A stretch of DNA of 63,369 bases, filler included, from Octopus bimaculoides (taxonomy: Eukaryota), in assembly GCF_001194135.2 (NCBI RefSeq). It is 6 parts of 6 records of this genome, joined end to end, with 100 filler letters (N's around TTAATTAATTAA, not from the genome) between each part and the next. Parts side by side here need not be neighbours in the genome. Positions count along the whole stretch, not along the records: positions 60,224 to 63,369 come from NC_069002.1; 5 more parts are not named here. One strand, 5' to 3'. The notes under the pieces were generated by a model. That model was not told the origin of the DNA. It saw only the letters and a list, made by a program, of their open reading frames with translations, and ran no database searches. Below are positions 62,560-63,369 of the stretch, piece by piece (position 1 is the stretch's first letter; every line of letters starts with the position of its first letter). The translations under genes and the position numbers were made by a program.

Positions 62560-62778
62560 GTTACACATCGCTGGTCACAATGCACTTTTGCATTGTTTTA
62601 GCCTTCAAACGACGCCACTCAGGTGGCTGGGCGAGCAGGCCAACATTCCCCGACCCCGATCCAAAGCGGGACTGGAGCAATGTGAAAGGAACACGACGCG
62701 CCGCTTAGTTAAGAAATCGAACCCACAATCTAGGGATCGTGAGTGCAACAGCCAAAACCATTTGGCCACGCGCCATCA
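62560..62778 (-). mobile_element. Degenerate family D-type SINE
   Basis: Minus ggcgcgtggccaaatggtt...gggttcgatt...cacattgctccagt. Confidence 0.6.
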
Positions 62779-63369
62779 CATGCACGCACGCACGCACGCA
62801 CGCACACACACTCTCACACACACATAAATGTCAGTATATATGTATAAATGTATGTGGTGCGTATATATATATATATAGGTGTGTGTGTGTGTTTGTGTTT
62901 GTTTGTTTGTTTGTTTGTTTGTGTGTATATGTGCGTGTGTGCGTGTGTGTATACATACATACATACATACATACATACACGCTTGCATACAGTTTAACAA
63001 TTTGTTGAGGAGGTTTAATAAGACTGAAAAATGCTCATATTGTCCATCATACTGCCAAGACCAGACCGTCTCCCCACTGTATGTATTGCCACCACAATTC
63101 CAATACCAGATTCCTCATTAGATCGCTCACATTACATATCTTTTTAATTAATTTATATTTCGAGGTTGCTTATTTCTTTCATTTTTGACCATAATGGATA
63201 ATTAAACTAATGTTTCTTTCTGCTCACTACATGTGTAATATTAATTAAAATTCCTTGTTTAACTCAAGTTATAATGTCTGATATTATTTTATATTGAAAA
63301 AATTTTAGCGATTAATTAATTCCTAGTCGCTTTTATGATTTTGTACAAAAGAAAAAAAAAAAAAAAAAA

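Overview
AT-rich, gap-ridden eukaryotic draft-genome sequence. The SINE families and the (AAT)n/(CATA)n/(TAGA)n microsatellite load look like Octopus; this is an inference from recalled repeat families. I found no supportable host protein-coding exon, rRNA, intact tRNA or CRISPR array. The window is a transposon graveyard. It holds about 10 fragments of restriction-like-endonuclease (R4/Dong-type) retrotransposons sitting in (AAT)n tracts, one RLE family sitting in (CATA)n tracts, RTE, CR1-like and Tx1-like LINE ends, Penelope-like element (PLE) RT and GIY-YIG relics, Tc1/mariner and Chapaev-like DNA transposon relics, and at least five tRNA-derived SINE families (labelled A, B, C, D, F here). 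The most notable signal is a set of short non-autonomous PLE-type elements carrying minimal type I hammerhead ribozyme motifs. One family (F) has a tRNA/Pol III-type head fused to a hammerhead-bearing tail. One palindromic element carries two hammerheads in which the C3:G8 core pair is swapped to G3:C8. Several of these insertions share a divergent inverted-repeat layout. All element boundaries were read by eye and are approximate to about 10 bp unless a TSD or TIR is quoted.
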